From Felis catus (lineage: Eukaryota), in the NCBI RefSeq assembly GCF_018350175.1, contig NC_058373.1, positions 113,772,001 through 113,836,000 of the forward strand: 64,000 nucleotides of DNA, given 5' to 3'. Positions 49,440 through 61,942 of this stretch are shown here, piece after piece. The notes beneath the pieces were generated by a model. That model saw nothing but the letters and a program-made list of their open reading frames with translations. It was not told the DNA's origin and did not search any database. Both the position numbers and the translations under genes were made by a program. Each line of letters opens with the position of its first letter. The first letter of the stretch is position 1.

Positions 49440-49656
49440 GAGACGCCTGGGTGGCTTAGTCGGTTGAGTGTCTGACTTCGGCTCAGGGCATGATCCCACC
49501 ATCTGTGGGTTTGAACCCCACATTGGGCTCTGTGCTGACAGCTTGGAGCCTGCTTTGGATTCTGTGTCTCCCTCTTTCTCTGCCCCTCCATTGCTTGTGC
49601 TCGTTTGTTCTCTCTCTCTCTCAAAAATAAATAAACATTTAAAAAATATTTTTGTA
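49440..49656 (+). mobile_element. Can-SINE inserted in a MIR core
   Basis: Perfect 19-bp TSD aatgaggaagttgaggctt at 49421-49439 and 49657-49675; the TSD itself resembles the MIR core atgaggaaactgaggc. Confidence 0.96.
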
Positions 49657-49849
49657 AATGAGGAAGTTGAGGCTTAATTAACTAAATTTCCACAAGGCTA
49701 CACAGCTGAGTGATTAAGTCCTAATTTTGACCCAAATCTGCCTAACTCTAATTTCTATCCTCTTTTCCCCACACCTTGTTGTCTCCCTGGAATACCACAC
49801 TCCTTCTCCTTACGTTTCTCTAGGAAACTGTGATGGTTGCCATTTTTCT

Positions 49850-50047
49850 ATAGCACTTTTCCATCAGGGTGTGATTTTGCTGCCAGAGGAAATTTGACAA
49901 AGTCTGGAGACATTTTTGGTTGTCAGAACAGTGCAGGGTGGTTTGAGGGGTGTTGTGAGTAGAGACCATCCTGCAGTCACAAGCCAACCCCCACAACAGA
50001 GTTACCCAGTCTAGAATGTCAACAGAGCTGAAATTTGAACCTGCTTT
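49850..50047. mobile_element. MER20-like hAT-Charlie element
   Basis: gtgattttgc...gtctggagacatttttggttgtca...cccacaaca...aatgtcaacag. Confidence 0.8.
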
Positions 50048-52519
50048 ACAGTTTTCATTTCTAGGCTATTACTATTAACATAACTTTGAAAGAAAGATGT
50101 AATGAAGAGCAAGACTGAAATAATTCAAATATCTAGGTACAATTAAGTAACTTCTCAATTAAGGGAAACTGCTTTATTTTCATAGCAGCCAATTTTAGAA
50201 TACTGCATTCTCTTACTTAATGGGTAAATTGAAATAGCACATATGTGCCTTTAAAAAAACTGTTTTATGCAGGCTTTAGCTAACTTCACAGGCATAATTT
50301 TTTTTCATTCCAAAGCCATATAAATTTTCCTCAAAATGTAGATCTAGGGAGATTTTAAATCAAATACTGAATACTTTTAAAACAAATATATAAGTTTGTC
50401 TTGGAAGCCTTTTAAAGATTTCAAATAGAAGATTCTATACCAGGGGACATATTTTTAGAACTTTCAGGCAAAGCATTTTTTAAATTGCTGATGATAATAA
50501 GAAATTTAATGATTAAATAAGAGGTTTAATTTAATAAGAGATTTAATTTCTTTCTATGAGCAAGTGCTTTGTAAAAGAATAACGAAGGCAGAAGAGTGCA
50601 TTTAATGTGTTATAGCTGCTAGTTTGGGGGTTTGACACTTCAGAGAAATCAACCTTCATGTTTAATGATATTAAAATGGATCGAACTATCCACTTCCTTG
50701 AGACTACAAGGGAGTTCTGAATGGTGCAAATCTGAATTATCCTAGGAAAGTTATGTTTCTATAGTTCACCACAGTGTTCCAGTAGAATAACCCAATGTTT
50801 AGGGGGATCCTACACATTGCATTCACATAAGAAATCTTCCGCAGTTCATCAAAATCAAATTTATTATTGGAGTTGGAAGATTGGGGGTTTAGCATTTTCC
50901 GATTTTGCCAGTTTTCCACAAATAGTTTTTCAGTGTTATGTTCCAAAAACCTCATGACTACATCCATGGAATCCATTCCTCTCTCAGGTTCTTTTCAACC
51001 TAATCAGACCCAACCCAGATCAACAACATTTTCTCTGATTTCAACCAGATAATTCCTATTTGCTTTGATATCTCACATGGAAAACCCTCCTCCCATCATC
51101 TCTCTTAATCACTTGAGGTTCCTTCAGCTCACGCCCGTCCCCACTGGCTTGGCTTCACTCCCTCACCTGACCGAGCTGCCTAATCCAGGAAATACGCACT
51201 GGTTTTCTATTTCTTCTGTTCTTCTGCCCTCTCTTGGGGCCTCTCTTCCCTCCCCTGTATTATCTTTTTTCCCCTCATGTGTTACTCCTACTTCCTTCTG
51301 TTTCCCAAACTTTATTTACTGGCTCCCTGTCCTGAGACTTAGCCGTTTCTTAGTTCATGACCTCATCTCCTAAGGTGTCTGTTGTCTACCCACTACACAT
51401 ATTCTAGTAAGGTATGTGTGTACTTGGAGGCCATCTATTTGTTGTTAATAAACTAGTTTGTAGTTTCCTTGGAAATAAGGCAGGCAGCTTCTGATCTTCA
51501 AACCACCCAAGGTCTTAACCACTAAAATGCAAAGTCTTTTGTCACATTAAGATAGGCAATAATATTTGTCTGCAAAAAAATGTCAGAAAAATACTTTGAT
51601 AAATGGTGCTGGGTAAAATGTTATAATTTATTATTATGCAGGCCTACTATTTTTCTTGAGAAGAAATGTTCTTAGAGATTTGGAATTTCTTTTCTATTTA
51701 TGAGCATTTTCCTGGTGCTGTCTGAAGTTTACTCCTCCCCATAGCTTTGTTATGTAAGTTGGTATTCCCTGTTTTATAGAGCAGAGAGATGAGAAGTCAC
51801 TTGACTAAACAAGTCATTTGACCTGTTTAGAATTTCACAGCAAGCTAATTGCAGAGCCCTTGAGTTTCCTGTGTCTTAGCTCCCGTGACATAAATATAAA
51901 ATTATTTATTTTGCATTGCTTATTGATATGAATGCCTTGGAGCATTTCCTTTCCTTTAATAAAATCATGAAAATTATTACCTAGTAAAGAAATTGTTAGA
52001 ATAGAAAAGAAATGAACTAGGCACAATGTACCTGCATTTGATTACTGCCTTTTCAACTGACTGGTAATGGGGGATGTTGTTTCCTAGGCTCTCCTTTTGA
52101 ATTGTGAAAACTGTACTCATTTTATTCTGTCTTGGTGATGTTCCTTGAAGCTCTTTGAGGGGGAAAAAAAAACTTGAAGTGCAAACTGTTATTATTGATT
52201 AACTTAAATGACCCTTGTTTGTTTGCAAAGCTCCCAGTGCTTTCTGGGGCAGGTGCTCCCATTGGGGAGCGTTGTGGAGTGTGGTGGGAACCAGCCGTGT
52301 CACAGTAATTTCTTTTGGATTTCTAGAACTGTTTTTCTGTTGGGTTGAAATGGGAGAAACAGCTTGTGGAACTGCTTTTGGTGCTGCCATGAGTGTGTTT
52401 GGGAAGAAAGAGTGCATTCCGATGGAATGTTAGGGGGATGTTAGCTGTTCAGGAAAAATAACCCTTACCAAAGTTAATGGCTCCCACTAGCATTTTCAGT
52501 AACATGTACCAGATGTGAG

Positions 52520-52770
52520 TAGTTAATTATTCTCAGATCTGATAAGTACCTGCCAGCCAAGGCTAATTTTATTTTCAGTAAACAGTGGCCAAAGGTCCTA
52601 GCTGTTCATTTGATAGGATAGGGCCTGTTTGCACTTATCTATTAATAAAAGCACAACACTCCTTCAGTTTTCCTTTCCCAGGGCCAGATAAAACATTTCA
52701 GACACTCAACGTATTTGTCTTCGTAAATCAGACAAAGTAAACAAATCTGGTAGATTAACTTGGTAAACAG
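52520..52770. promoter_or_regulatory. Putative enhancer: FOX/GATA/HNF4-like motif cluster
   Basis: GTAAACA x3, TGTTTGC, WGATAR x4 and GGCCAAAGGTCC within ~250 bp of non-repetitive sequence. Motif evidence only. Confidence 0.4.
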
Positions 52771-55372
52771 AGTGGTTAAGTGTTACCTTTCGAGTTTAGC
52801 TCAACGCCATATAAATAGCATTAATCGCATGGTATTTTCAATAACCTTTATGGAGCAAGACAGAGGGTTTTTTTTTTGCTCCCTCTCAACCACTAGGAAT
52901 ACAGTGTGTTTCTTAAGTACTTTCAGATGTCCTTCTGTAGGGAGATTTGAAAATCACTCTAAAATGAAATTTCTTTTGTCCCATTAATAACACATTGGGA
53001 ACTTTGCACCAGTTAACATTGTATATAAACCTGGAAACCTCTGTGATTCATCTCAGAAGGAAAGACTGCACAGTGGCGTGCAAGCCTTGCCAGACAGAGA
53101 TAACAGCCATTCAGAGGTTATTGATTTGGATGGAGCAGTGAGAAAAGGGTCAGCTTTTACAGTGGAGAGAGGAGTAGTTAGGTGGAAATTCAGACTTTAT
53201 TCATCCAGGTTTTTTCCCTTGGGCGGAGAGTCCTATTAAGGTCACAAATACTATTTATTTTGTGATGTAGATTCTTGACTTGTGAGAAGTGGCATGAAAC
53301 GGATCAGTTATTTCACACTAGCCAGAAAGACACTATTATCTCAAAGTAACTTCCAGTTATACCAAGGCTCAACTAGATGTGCACGATGACCAGGTGGTAT
53401 GATACAGGGCTCCGAGTCTCATGCCAGCTCTCAGTATCATCTTGTCCACCTCATTAAACTTTCTTTTTTTAGTAATGATCAAAACAACTCTCTTTACCAA
53501 GATAGAGTATCTTTTGCATTGGCATTATACTTGAAGTTGCAAGTACTTTATAAAATTCTTTTTAGTTTTGCATAATATGTAGTAATCCACTTAATTTGGT
53601 AAAGATGGTACATAAAAGAAATAGCTGAAAGGCCTCAGAGAAAATTCCCACCCCACACCTCCAGCCCTGCCCCTCCAATGATCTTTGCATTAATATCTTA
53701 TTCTGTGAGAATGGCTGGCATGGTGCCATGAATATAGTGCCAGGTTCCTGGCAGTACCATCCTAAAGGTGACTGATGATGGTGACAGTGTTGAGTGAAAA
53801 CCAAGAGTCTGGATATCTGTATTCAGTTTCCAGCTTCACTTTAATGACCTGCTGGGAGAGCACAGGCACATTACTTCTACTCTTTTGGTTTTAGTTTCTC
53901 CAGCCATGCCATGAAGATACAAGTCTTTGTCCATTTCCCTACCTGACAGGCAAGTTGTTAAAGCTGAGGAGAGAAAGTATAAAGTTCTTACAGCCTAAAT
54001 GGATAAAAAGTGCTGTAACCAAGGGGTAGAAAATATTTATCCAGTTCAGAAGAGTAAGCCTTTGGAGTAAAATTTTTCTGTGTTAATATTTACTAGTCTT
54101 GCATATAACAATCATTTGCCATATTTAATGGTTTTTTTTTCTCTTTTAACTAGACCCTGAGTATAGTAAAATCCATGGCATGACTTTTAGAAATTGCTTT
54201 GTTATCTGTACCAACACTTCAATTAAATATTGTATTTTTAGCTATAAACTAAGTCACATCTTCAACGTATCCTTGGTTTTAAATGATCTGGGAATACTTA
54301 TCTGGTGGCACAGGCTAAGTAAAGTAGCAGCAAAGAAAGTGTTTGGAAAGTGTTGCCGAATTCGTGATTCCAGTTAGCCCCAATCTGTTAATGATTCTCA
54401 AATCTGTATTTCTTCCGTAGATCTTTTTCCTGAATAAGAAAAAGTTCTAGACCCATAAATTTCAAGTAAGTATACAACCTCTCTATCTGGATGGCCTATG
54501 ATAATTTCTAGCTCAATACATACAAAACTTAAGTTAATATAATGTTCCTGAATTTCCTCACTCTGTGAATGGAAGCATCCTTCTCTCAAGCCACAAAACT
54601 CTCATCCCTTCCCCTCAAAGTCTGTGGATTTGGCTCTCAGTATTTTATGCCCCTTCTCTCCATCGCCCTATTACTACCTTAATTGAACTCTTGCTGTCTG
54701 TCACTGGTTGGCTGCAATTGTCTTCCTGCAACTAGATTTATCCGATTGCTGTCTATTCTCATACTATTTCCAGATTAACCTTCCCCAGATGCAAATCATA
54801 AAGTGTTACTTTGTCACTTAAAAAAGGTTAGTGGTTTCTTGTGTCCTACAGGACAAGATCTGAACTTATATTGATTATTGAGGTCTTAGTGATCTTTGCC
54901 TTGTTTCTGGCTTCAAATCCTCTTGTAACCTATGCCCCAGCCACATTGACAGTTTATGGGTTCCTAAACATCCACATTGTTGAACACTCTACACTCTTCC
55001 CATCCACTTCTTTGACTGGCAAATACCTATTTATTTTTAAATCCCGATTCAAGCATGATATCTCTTGTGACTCCAATGGAATTGGTTACTCCTTCCTAGT
55101 ATCCCATCATATCCTGAGCATATTACTTACATGGCTCCTGTGAAACCTGTGGCACTTATTTTGTTCTCCTCTGCCTACTTGACTACTTGAAGGACTGTAT
55201 CTTGTTCATCTTTGTATTTCCATGTTTAGTTCAGTAGTTGGCACAGAGGTAGGACTCAGTTGATAGATTGAATGGATGGATGAAGTAAACCTTATGACCA
55301 TATCTACCTGTTCAAATCCCACTCCTTTTTCAGTATTGAATGGAAATGACCTTAAAAAGTACCCAGATTAAG

Positions 55373-55582
55373 GGGGCACCAGGGTGGCTTAGTTGTTTAA
55401 GCATCCGACTTTGGCTCAGGTCATGAGCTCACTGTTTGTGGGTTCGAGTCCTGTGTCGGGCTCTGTGCTGACAGCTTGGAGCCTGGAGCCTGCTTCGGAT
55501 TCTGTGTCTCCCTCTCTCTCTGTCCCTCTCCTGCTCACACTCTGTCTCTCTCTCAAAAATAAACATTAAAAAAATTTTTTTG
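55373..55582 (+). mobile_element. Can-SINE
   Basis: 16-bp TSD aagtacccagattaag at 55357-55372 and 55583-55598. Confidence 0.96.
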
Positions 55583-56279
55583 AAGTACCCAGATTAAGAT
55601 TTGATAGGAGTACTAGGTTTTTATTTACTATTCATATGATTGAGGGGGCAACAAGAATGTCCTTGTAGCCCCTCCACCTACCCAAAGATTTTATGGATAG
55701 TCTGAAATTTCACCATGAAGATTCATTTGTTAAGGTTCTGATATTCCATTTATATTTCTTGCCCTCTGATAACTTTATAGTTACAAAGTACTTCCATGAA
55801 CAAATGTTATCTTATTTAATTTTGAAAACAACCTTATGAAGATTTTTATCATATATGCTTTAGAGATAAAGAAATACAACTTCAAGGCAATTCACCAATC
55901 TAAGGTCATTCCATTGACATGGTGGAGCTACGGCTTGAGCCTAGGTTCATTGATTCCAGCATCCTCTTTTCCTCAGGCTCTTACCTTAGAAGGAGACACA
56001 AATGTATTAACAGTTAAATACCTTAGTGTATATTAGTCACACAGATCACTTGCTCACCAAGAGGAGAATTCTGAGGAAATGAGAGTTGTAAATTCTATAT
56101 TGGAAAAGAGAAATCGATTACAGAGAGAAGATGGAGCATAGTTTTGGAGGCTGGGGCAAGCCTAGGGAAGTTAGACTTTGGTGAGATGTGACAATGGGCC
56201 TAGGATGGACACTATCTTAATATAAATGTACAAAATTCATATTTCTTCATTCACCACTTCTTCGTGAAAACTACATTTT

Positions 56280-56520
56280 GTTCTTCAAATTTTTATTTGA
56301 ATTCTAGTTGGTTAACATGTAGTGTAATATTGGTTTCAGGATAGAATTTAGTGATTTGTCACATATAAAACCTTGTGCTCAACACAAGTGCCTTCCTTAA
56401 TACCCATCACCCATTTAGCCCACCTCCCTCCATTAACCCTCAGTTTGTTCTCTATGGTTAAGAGTCTCTTATGTTTTGCTGCCCTCTCTTTTTTTCCCCC
56501 TTCCCCTGTATTCATCTGGC
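56280..56520 (-). mobile_element. Short carnivore L1 3' UTR insertion
   Basis: Similar to the 3' UTR of the L1 at 47245 (cccatcaccc...aaccctcagtttgttctc...aagagtctcttatg); TSD aaaactacatttt at 56267-56279 and 56522-56534. Confidence 0.9.
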
Positions 56521-56837
56521 AAAAACTACATTTTAACTTAACCTTAATAAAAGGTGTGTAGAAAGTTTCTATCATCATTATATTGATAATCATCTAGATC
56601 TTATCAAAGTACAAGATGCTGACTATTAGAATCATGTACTTAATATCCCCATAAGAGTTCTTTAAAAATCTTTAATATAATTGTTTCATTGGGAAACACA
56701 AGCTATTTTTATGACACAGGTAACACTGGTGGGGTTAAGATCTGTTCTTTGTCTTTCATGTGGGAGGCTTTCTTTAAAAGTCTGCTGATCTTTGGCAATC
56801 CATTCATATTGGAGAGAAAGAGGTGCAAGCACATGCA

Positions 56838-56876
<39 letters not shown>
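56838..56876. repeat. (CA)n microsatellite
   Basis: About 19 CA units. Confidence 0.97.
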
Positions 56877-56878
<2 letters not shown>

Positions 56879-59275
56879 GTAATTCTAGGTATATGGGCAG
56901 TTATGTTGATTGGTGTCTTCATTAGAGGGTTGTGGGCACGGATCCCAGTATTTTGTAGGTGGAGCTCCACATACCCTCATCTGTATGTTTTTTCTTTATA
57001 GCTCATCTCTATGTGTAGAGAGGAACCTTCCAGTTTTCTTTTTGGGGGTGAAACAGATGGTCATCCGAGCTTAGGGGGCTGAGGGAAGGAAAGAGGCTAT
57101 AGATGGGGATCTTGCTCTCCCCATACATAGACTTTTATTAACCTCCCAGTTTGGTTCAGTACATTCCCAGCTCCACTTTTTTTCTTTGAGTCCAGAATCT
57201 GTTTAGGTACACTCTTCCAGAGAATAAACCCTCTGAAGCATGTGCAGGACACACAACCAAACTAAGAGTGTGGGTAAGATTCGAACACTGGGGAGGGTGA
57301 GGAAACCTTTCTGTGCAAGAATAATACAACCAAAGACATGAAGTTGGAGGCAAACCAGAGTGAATGGGAAATAACCAATAATTCACCTTACCTAGAGTGA
57401 AGCACACATGAAGAACTGAGTTAGGAGCAAAATAAAGGTGGTAACAGAGACTGCAGCTTCAAAGAGAAGACTAAGAAGCCTGGACTTTCTTCTGGAGGTG
57501 CCAAGGAGCCAGCTTCCTCATACTAGTTCATTAAATTATGAAGACAGCTTCTGAGTGCATGGTAGATTACTAGCAGGGGGTCACGCATGAATTGAGTTGG
57601 GATGCTTCTCTGTGACTTTGACACAATTGACTGTGTTTCTGTTGGGGTCTCCACACCCAAAGTATTTCATATGCATAATGCTGGAGCTTACAGATCCTCA
57701 GAGGGTTATCATGCTTGGTTGGCTTGATGTTCTTTTTTTGTGATCTGCACCTCTCTGATAGCGAAACCGTCTTGTTCTAATGTGAGAGCTCACAGACGTC
57801 TCCCGTCTTCTAGATGTTATCAGTTACAGCACTCCTGCAGGTGGGCAGCATGGCCATGGAGCCAGAGACCCTCAGATGAGAAGAGGCTTGAAAGGACCTT
57901 AAAACTTTGTAAATGCAGTTTTACTAAATGTCATAGAAATGGACTCCTAGGATTTTTATGCCATTTAATCGGGAGCCAAACGAGAGACGAAATGTTTGTT
58001 GCCTAGTACCTTGCTCCGTTCTGCCTTTTATGCTTTTATGCTTTTGATGATGATGGTAGTGATAATTTAGAAACATGTTTTGCCCATGTATGTGTACTGT
58101 AGTAAGACTGTTTTCTTTCTGAGCAGCCTAGGAAGAACGTTCTTTTTTATAGGCCTCAGATACAAGTTCTCTCCCTCAGACTGTTTGCCCAAGCCTTAAA
58201 AATACGGCATGATTACACAAGCACTCTGGAATTTAGATTAAGCAGCATTCAATTCGAAAATCTAATCACATCATCTAAATATCATTAAGTTCTAATAGGC
58301 TGATTGATAGGGACCAAAGCTGTTTTTGCCTGGTGCTGCATGCCTTTCCCTCAGCCAGCCTTTTCAAACTAAGATGTTGATAAAGGCATCTATAAATCTT
58401 AATAGTTGGAGACAGTTTAAAAGCATAGTTCACTGGGTAAGGTCACACCCACTTAAGTGACCTATTTTGTATACTTTTCAAAAATAGGTTAATTAACTTA
58501 ATAGAAATAATAGGACTCTCGTATTGATGTGCAATTACTACTAAAACAAGTTTTTTTTTTTTTCTTTCCAAGTGAACACGATGTTCATGAAATTGAGGGC
58601 ATAATAGCCATGACAAGAACCAGGCTTAGCAAGGCAGGTCATGTGCAGTGAGTACATTTCAGACTTGCCCTTTAAAACCCGCTTTTATTCCAGTGCTGGG
58701 ATGTGGGCATACCTCCACTAAAGCATTTCACTCCCAGCACTCTCCTATTTCAGTTTGCAGTGCGTGGGGGTGGTTTATTCTAGCTGTTGTTGTTTTCCCA
58801 ATCACTAAAACAGCAGTCTATGTAGGCCCTGTTCCCTAAAGACTTCAGCATGCATAGGAACCTCAATGAATCTCAGTCTCTCTTCTTTTTAAACTGAGGC
58901 TGTTTTCTCCATTTTTCTAACAAATGATTCATCTGGTATCCCGGGAGAAGCATGATTTCAAAGGAGACTGCAGTGTAGGAGGGCAAGGGAGTGCCCAGGC
59001 AAGAGTCCTATTTGGGACGAGTACATTATCCTAAAGCAGCCTGGTTGTATTTATTTTTGTTGTTGTGTAGTGCCTGATTCAAATTTTCTGCTCCCAAAGC
59101 ATTTTGTCCTAGTCTTAGACCTCTTGCTGATGGCTATAACCTTTTAATTTTATTATTGATCACTAACTTTGCATAATTTGATTTTTCCATTCATCTGTTC
59201 CTTAAAATATACCTCACTGATGTTTTATATCATAAGTTGAGCATGTGAGTATTACATTTTTCTTCAGAACTTTTA

Positions 59276-59495
59276 TTTTTTTATTTAAAAAAAATTTTTT
59301 TTAACGTTTATTTATTTTTGAGACAGAGCATGAACGGGGGAGGGGCAGAGAGAGAGGGAGACACAGAATCGGAAGCAGGCTCCGGGCTCTGAGCCATCAG
59401 CCCAGAGCCCGATGTGGGGCTCGAACTCACGGACCGCGAGATCGTGACCTGAGCCGAAGTCGGCCGCTTAACCGACTGAGCCACCCAGGCGCCCC
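59276..59495 (-). mobile_element. Young SINEC_Fc-type SINE
   Basis: Perfect 15-bp TSD tcttcagaactttta at 59261-59275 and 59496-59510; CpG-rich. Confidence 0.97.
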
Positions 59496-60499
59496 TCTTC
59501 AGAACTTTTAAATATAGCTTAAATAGTAAGTTACATTTTAAAAAGTTAATTCCCCTCCTCCATGCGATTTCTTGTACCACAAACAACTGTGTCTGTGGAC
59601 ATTGCTGAGTCCCTCATGGCTTGAATTGTCCTTGGCCCAGGTGGTCTGAGAGGCAGTTAGCAGCACACATTCATAGGAAGGCGGGTTGTTCTTGCAAGTT
59701 AGTCATGATGTATGCATTGACCTGAAAGGTTCATTTTGAACCAGAGGTCCTCAATGGACTCCTCACTCACCTTCCAGAAATGACACCATTTTCCCACTTG
59801 CTTATACTGCCCTGACAACACAGCCTTAAATGGAAACAAGTTTTGTTTGCATGTATGTGTGCATGCACAAAGAAAATAACAGATCAAACTAGTCTATGGG
59901 CCTGTCGCTATGTTAGAAAGAACCTTATAACCATCCCCCAGCAATGGGATCTTCATTAGGAACATGACTTTCTTACAGAAGGTTATAATGCTTATGAAGT
60001 TCAGTTTTCTGACTTCTTGTGAGAGCATAGGCATATGAGAGAAGTCTTTGATTTTATGTTGAGTAACGGAATGGTTCACTCTCCAGTGCATGGAACCCAC
60101 CCTACTTGAATATGCTAGTTTCCTCCTAATGGCTAGGTTAATGTTGGTGGTTTTCCCTCCCAAGCATTTTCTCTAGAGTTAAGCAGCATCTCTTTCTTGA
60201 AAGCAAAACCCTCATTTCCTATTTCATATCCTCTAATTTGCCTAGTATAAGGTCCAATTCAGAGCAAGTATTCATTAAAAACATTTTAGTTAATTAACTA
60301 CAAAACGTCTGGCTTTGGTTTAGGAGAGAATAAGAGATTGGGCAGGGAAAGCACTGGCACACAAGAGAATTAAAATCAAAAGGATATCTTTTTATGTTAC
60401 TTTTTTTCTTAAATAAGAAAAGTATTATATATGGCTTGTGGAAAATTTGGGAGCCCAGCAATGTTTTAAAAATCACCCAGCTGCTCCTGGCTATATGCT

Positions 60500-61003
60500 T
60501 AAGATAACTGAAAATAGGTTGTTACACGAATGTTCATAGCATTATTCATAATATCTAAAAGTAGAAACAAATATTCATCAATAAATGAATGAATAAATAA
60601 AACGTGGCATGTCCATACAATGGAATATTATTCGACAATAAAAAGAAATGAAGTACTGACACATATTACAATGTAGATGAATCTTGAAAACATTGTGCTA
60701 AGTGAAAGAAGCCATTCACAAAAGACCACACATTATATGATTCATTCATATAAAATGTCCAGAGCAGGGAAATCTATAGAGACAGAAATTATATTAGTGT
60801 TTGCTTAGGGGTGGGGATGGGGGACTTGTGGGTAGTAGCTAAAGGGTACAGGATTTTTTTTGGAAGTGATAAAAATGTTCTAAAATTGACTGTGGTGTAA
60901 TGGTCATACAACTCAGTGGATAGATTAAGAACCACTGAAATTTTTTAATGGGTGAATTTGGATGGTATGTGAACTATATCTCAAGAAAGCTGTTATACAA
61001 AAA
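60500..61003 (+). mobile_element. L1MB-like 3' end
   Basis: atgttcatagcattattcataat...ccatacaatggaatattatt...gctaagtgaaagaagcca...gaactatatctcaagaaagctg. Confidence 0.88.
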
Positions 61004-61759
61004 GTTAATCATCTAAAACTCAATCCTGAAATGTCTACTAATTAATGGCATTTTGTTATATTTCCTGTATTTCCTTCTAGTCTCACTTTACATAAATCTA
61101 AAATGTTTCATAGTTTGGCTCATACTTTGTGTACAGTTTCTATATAGTGTTTTTCATTTACCTTTTTATCATGAACATTTTCTCATCCCATTAAGAACAT
61201 TTTTGTAAACACAGTTCTAATGGCAGCATAATAACTTACCTCATGATTATAACATAATTTCCATAGCCATTCTTCTAGTGTTGGACATTTTAGCTTGTGT
61301 CTATTTTTCACAATTGTGAATAGCAAGTTGCATTTTAGAAAGGCTGTGAGACCTTTTATTGTCATTTCTGAGCATAAAAGTTTTATGTTAAAGGAAAGAA
61401 ACATGCAGAGAGTAATGCCTTCATTGAGTTTTAGACCAAAGTTTCCGAAAATAAAAGCTTTGTGTCTTGGTTTTATTTAGCCTTTGGGTGGAGCAAAGTA
61501 AATTTTCATCAGGAGTCACTAAAAGGGCAAGACCCACCTTCTCAGGGAGAATTTTGAGGTCAAAATGCAGATTAGCCCCACCTCAGCAGCCCAGCAAGTG
61601 GAGCAGTCTCCCACTCTTCTGTGTGAACACGTGGACAGGGTCTCAGCCTGACTGAGTTTGTGCATTTATTATATAAGAAGTTCTCTTTTTCTTGAAGCAT
61701 CTTCTCTGGAGAAAAGGATTAAAGGCTGCAGTCTTTTCACTAGAAATATTTATTAATAT

Positions 61760-61942
61760 TATTTTTAAATGTTTATTTATTTATTTTGGGGGTGGGGAGG
61801 GAGGGAATATGAGAATTCCAAGCAGGCTCCATGCTGTCGGCGCAGAGCCCAGTGTGGGGCTCGATACCACAAACTGTAACATCATGACCTGAGCTGAAAT
61901 CAAGAGTCAGAGGCTTGGCCAACTGAGCCACCCAGGCACCCC
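61760..61942 (-). mobile_element. Can-SINE (older type)
   Basis: caagcaggctcc...catgacctgagctgaaatcaagagtcag...gagccacccaggcacccc. Confidence 0.93.

Noticed and set aside
57570..57590. ctagcagggggtca as a CTCF site
   Set aside because: Only a partial match to the CCAGCAGGGGGCGC-type core; insufficient without data.
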